Assembly: GCA_032250835.1 (NCBI GenBank)
Contig: JAVVEA010000012.1
Span: forward strand, 52,517-116,516
Direction of reading: 5' to 3'
Length of the DNA: 64,000 nt
Origin: a bacterium
GTDB lineage: Bacteria; SAR324; XYD2-FULL-50-16
In this document: piece after piece, positions 61,081 through 64,000 of the stretch
How positions within the stretch are numbered: the first letter of the stretch is position 1
Layout of the letters: each line of letters opens with the position of its first letter
Notes under the pieces: model-generated
Seen by the model: only the letters and a program-made list of their open reading frames with translations
The model's database searches: none
Told to the model about the DNA's origin: nothing
Made by a program: the position numbers and the translations under genes

Positions 61081-62217
61081 ATGTATCTAGCAAAACTGAT
61101 CCATAGGCCTACCCTGGCCCTGCTGGTACTTAGCTTGCTCCTCTTGGGCTGTAAGGCCGAGCCGGTGAGCGAAGAAACACAGCAAACAGAGGGCTATTAC
61201 CAAAGCGCCCAACTAGAAATCAATCTGGACGCCCTGGGCACCCAGATCGGCGGAGCGACCCAGTCGGTCTTGTTCGGCGTGGTCAGTGACGCGACCTATT
61301 CGGCCAAGGGAACCACCTTTTCTAACTACAGCGCCGCCGATTTTATTGGCTACAACTGGGCTAGCTATAGCAGCAGCACAGGGAACACCCTGACCTACAC
61401 CGGCGCGGTGTTGACCCAGACCAACTTGCGCGGCCTGTTGTTCACCTTCGACTCAAGCAGCTTCACCTTCGGCAGCGAGTCCCTCCAGCACGGGGTTTCA
61501 AACAGCTTCACCGTCTCAGACAGCACCACCAGCATGGCGCTGACCATCAGCCTGTCGGAGCCCCCTGGGGTAACCGTTTCGGGCACCGTCCGCAGCGCCA
61601 CCAGCGGGTCGGGGATCAGCGGGATCACCGTCACGCTCAGCAGCAGCGCCAGCAGCAGCACCTACAGCACCACCAGCGGTACTTCCGGCGCTTGGTCGAT
61701 CAGTAGCGTTCCAGAGGGGAGTTATACGATCACCTACACCGGAACGGGCTACACCAGCACCACCGCCGATTTGACGGTCGGGACCACAGCCGTCACCGCG
61801 GCCTCCGTAGACCTTAGCCCCACCTTATCCACCGGGCAATACCGCTTCGTCTTAACCTGGGGCTCGACGCCTTCGGATCTAGACCTTTACACCCGCACGC
61901 CTAGCGGCACCAACATCTATTACGGCAACAAAACGCCAACGGGACTGGGGATCAGCCTAGATACAGACCAAACGAGCGGCTACGGCCCCGAGACGATCAC
62001 CATCACCTCGATGAGTTCGGGGACCTATACGGTCTACGTACACAACTTCAGCGGCACCAGTAGCTTCTCTGGAGCGACCTTGAAGGTATACAGCGCCTCT
62101 GGCTTGGCTCGAACGCTGACAGCAAGTACCTCTACCCTGTCTTACTGGAATGTAGGAACCCTCAGCAGCACCGGCACCTGGACCACCTCGAACAGCTACT
62201 CCAGCACCGCCCCTTAA
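61081..62217 (+). CDS. Ser/Thr-rich lipoprotein with carboxypeptidase-regulatory-like and YfaP-like domains
   Basis: Lipobox LLGC; VSGTV..GSYTIT; LTW..DLDL..P, D..GYGPETI, GTYTVYVHNF. Confidence 0.75.
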   Translation: MYLAKLIHRPTLALLVLSLLLLGCKAEPVSEETQQTEGYYQSAQLEINLDALGTQIGGATQSVLFGVVSDATYSAKGTTFSNYSAADFIGYNWASYSSSTGNTLTYTGAVLTQTNLRGLLFTFDSSSFTFGSESLQHGVSNSFTVSDSTTSMALTISLSEPPGVTVSGTVRSATSGSGISGITVTLSSSASSSTYSTTSGTSGAWSISSVPEGSYTITYTGTGYTSTTADLTVGTTAVTAASVDLSPTLSTGQYRFVLTWGSTPSDLDLYTRTPSGTNIYYGNKTPTGLGISLDTDQTSGYGPETITITSMSSGTYTVYVHNFSGTSSFSGATLKVYSASGLARTLTASTSTLSYWNVGTLSSTGTWTTSNSYSSTAP

Positions 62218-62304
62218 AAGCCAACCCGCCGCATGCCCCTTGGGGCTTGCGGCGGGGCTATGCTAAGCCGATGGATTAGCGGCTTATGAGTGCTTCTAGA
62301 AAAC

Positions 62305-62347
62305 AAAAAAAGGCCCGGTAAATGCGATGATTTACCGGGCCTTTTTT
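62305..62347. terminator. Bidirectional Rho-independent terminator
   Basis: A run-GGCCCGGTAAAT-loop-ATTTACCGGGCC-T run between convergent transcription units. Confidence 0.85.
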
Positions 62348-62349
62348 AT

Positions 62350-62435
62350 TGGTGCGAGCGGAGAGAATCGAACTCTCACGGCCTACGGCCACAGCCCCCT
62401 CAAGACTGCGTGTCTACCAATTCCACCACGCTCGC
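62350..62435 (-). tRNA. tRNA-Leu(GAG)
   Basis: GCGAGCG...CGCTCGC-A-CCA, anticodon loop TTGAGGG, long variable arm. Confidence 0.93.
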
Positions 62436-62608
62436 AAAACCTTGGGGTTATCCGCCAAACTTACCTTGAACGTCTCATTCATTCAACCTAAAAATGTGGG
62501 TTATTAAAGCCAAATCGAGTCAAATGCTTAGCCCATTGGGTTCAGGTAATTTAATAGAGGGGTTGACAAGAGCGGGCGCAAACTTTAGTCTCAATATTCC
62601 CATTAGGG

Positions 62609-62684
<76 letters not shown>

Positions 62685-62779
62685 AACAAATCCCCTCCCG
62701 GGGTGTTCCTCCCAGCCCTTTGCGAATCAGACGTCCCCCACCAGGGCCGCAGGCAATGGACCAGAGGAATGTAAAGTGG

Positions 62780-62853
62780 GGCGTGGTAGCCAAGCGGTTA
62801 GGCAGAGGTCTGCAAAACCTTTCAGATCGGTTCGACTCCGATCCACGCCTCCA
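62780..62853 (+). tRNA. tRNA-Cys(GCA)
   Basis: GGCGTGG...CCACGCC-T-CCA, anticodon loop CTGCAAA. Confidence 0.95.
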
Positions 62854-62874
62854 AAAATCCCTCGCATTTCGGAT

Positions 62875-62945
62875 GGTTTGGTAGCCAGCACTTAGGTGCG
62901 TCTGTAAATCGTTTCAGGTCGGTTCAACTCCGATCCCCGCCTCCA
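62875..62945 (+). pseudogene. Degenerate tandem copy of tRNA-Cys
   Basis: Aligns along its length to 62780-62853 (GGTAGCCA, TTAGG, TCGGTTC.ACTCCGATCC.CGCCTCCA) with broken stems; loop reads CTGTAAA. Confidence 0.75.
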
Positions 62946-63372
62946 TATATTCCTGCCTTTTGAAATCTCTCAGGCCTTGCTCCATAGCGATCAAGGGTTT
63001 TAGGCTCGTAGTCGGTGGGGGCACGTGTTGGGGTCTACTACACCCTCTATATATCCCAGTCTTTTTTGAAAGTTCTCGGGCCTTTATCTAAATTGATGAT
63101 AATCCGAACAACAAGTTACTTAAAAATAGTAGACTGACGGGGTCCTATTTTAGGCTTCTTCGAGGAGGAAAAATGTCGTCTTGTCACTTTCAACCTCAAA
63201 ACAAAAAGATTAGCACATATTAGGCTCAGCTACGGATTGATTTCTTCCACAGGTATGCAAAGTAGCTAAATTGGCTGGATTCGATAGGGTTTGCATATTT
63301 GGCAGATTTCTTTTAAGATGCCTTCCTTCTACTCCAGCATATAGCACAAATACGCAACCTCTAGGAGAATTT

Positions 63373-63930
63373 ATGAGTGATATTGAAAAAGCAATGAAAC
63401 AAGCTAATCAGTTCGATCTTGACTTTGTGGCTCGGAAACATAGCCTTGAATATGGGGTACCTTTAGAGACCGTTCGAACCTGGATCCCAGAGTTGAAACA
63501 CTGGCTTGTACTGTGTGCAGTTAACCCGGACTCAAGCTATACACTTTTTGGGCGGATCGACTGGTTGTGGCACTCATTTATTGAATTTACCATTGAGTAC
63601 CGGGATTTTTGCATGGCTATCGCGGGCAGGCCCATTGAGCACGTTCCGGATGTTCCTACCGAAGAAGAGTTGCAGAAAATCATACAAGCAAAGAAAATCA
63701 AGCAAGAGAGCGTACACGAAGAAAAGCTTGCATTTATTGGGGGGCAAGGCAACAAAAGCCGTCCGAACACCATTATTCCGTACAAGAAGGAGCAGGTTGA
63801 TGGTTATGCAAAATTACTGAAAGATTATAAAAATTTTTTCCCCGACAAGACTCCACACCCTGATGTTTGGCCTCGAATTCTAAAAGACGGTTACATCGAT
63901 TGCCCCGGCGGGTGTTGCGGAGGAGTATAG
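63373..63930 (+). CDS. Glycine-rich-domain-containing-protein-like (DUF1399-type) hypothetical protein
   Basis: ELKxxLxL, IDxxWH..I..T..YxxFC....G..IxHxP pattern; RBS AGGAG; AT-rich. Confidence 0.65.
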   Translation: MSDIEKAMKQANQFDLDFVARKHSLEYGVPLETVRTWIPELKHWLVLCAVNPDSSYTLFGRIDWLWHSFIEFTIEYRDFCMAIAGRPIEHVPDVPTEEELQKIIQAKKIKQESVHEEKLAFIGGQGNKSRPNTIIPYKKEQVDGYAKLLKDYKNFFPDKTPHPDVWPRILKDGYIDCPGGCCGGV

Positions 63931-64000
63931 TGGACCCACTTGTCCAGACAACTTTTTGATTAGACGATCTTCCTGATCTTTTTTTCTAAGCAATCTTCAG

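Overview
64 kb of a bacterial chromosome of moderately high GC, from a flagellated Gram-negative organism. The gene style suggests a deltaproteobacterium-like or SAR324/Lambdaproteobacteria-like lineage (inference only). In order: the end of a napAB periplasmic nitrate reductase operon; a hybrid histidine kinase; a globin-coupled stressosome operon (rsbR-rsbS-rsbT, an rsbT/rsbX-like fusion and a PAS-GGDEF-EAL output); SulP; an RRM protein with a structured leader; birA, xth, rodZ, a glmU-like gene, glmS and a HAD hydrolase; a late flagellar locus (giant fliD, fliS, two flagellins); an SLC13 permease; rimP-nusA-infB-rbfA; three tandem beta-barrel paralogs; lpxH, a tetraheme cytochrome, dsbA, nadE and tex; tRNA-Met; a frameshifted 7TM-DISM kinase; a type I R-M system carrying a HEPN/MNT pair and an orphan gene; a desaturase-DedA-ArsR/rhodanese operon; a barrel/FecR/lipoprotein trio; and a tRNA cluster with a degenerate tRNA-Cys copy. 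The most unusual signal is in the flagellar locus. It has sigma28-like promoters, very long structured leaders (some with AAGGA-loop hairpins), and a 17-codon mini-ORF whose start is a 23-nt exact copy of a flagellin gene start. All product calls come from motif recognition by eye, not database searches. No CRISPR array, rRNA, integrase or transposase gene was seen.
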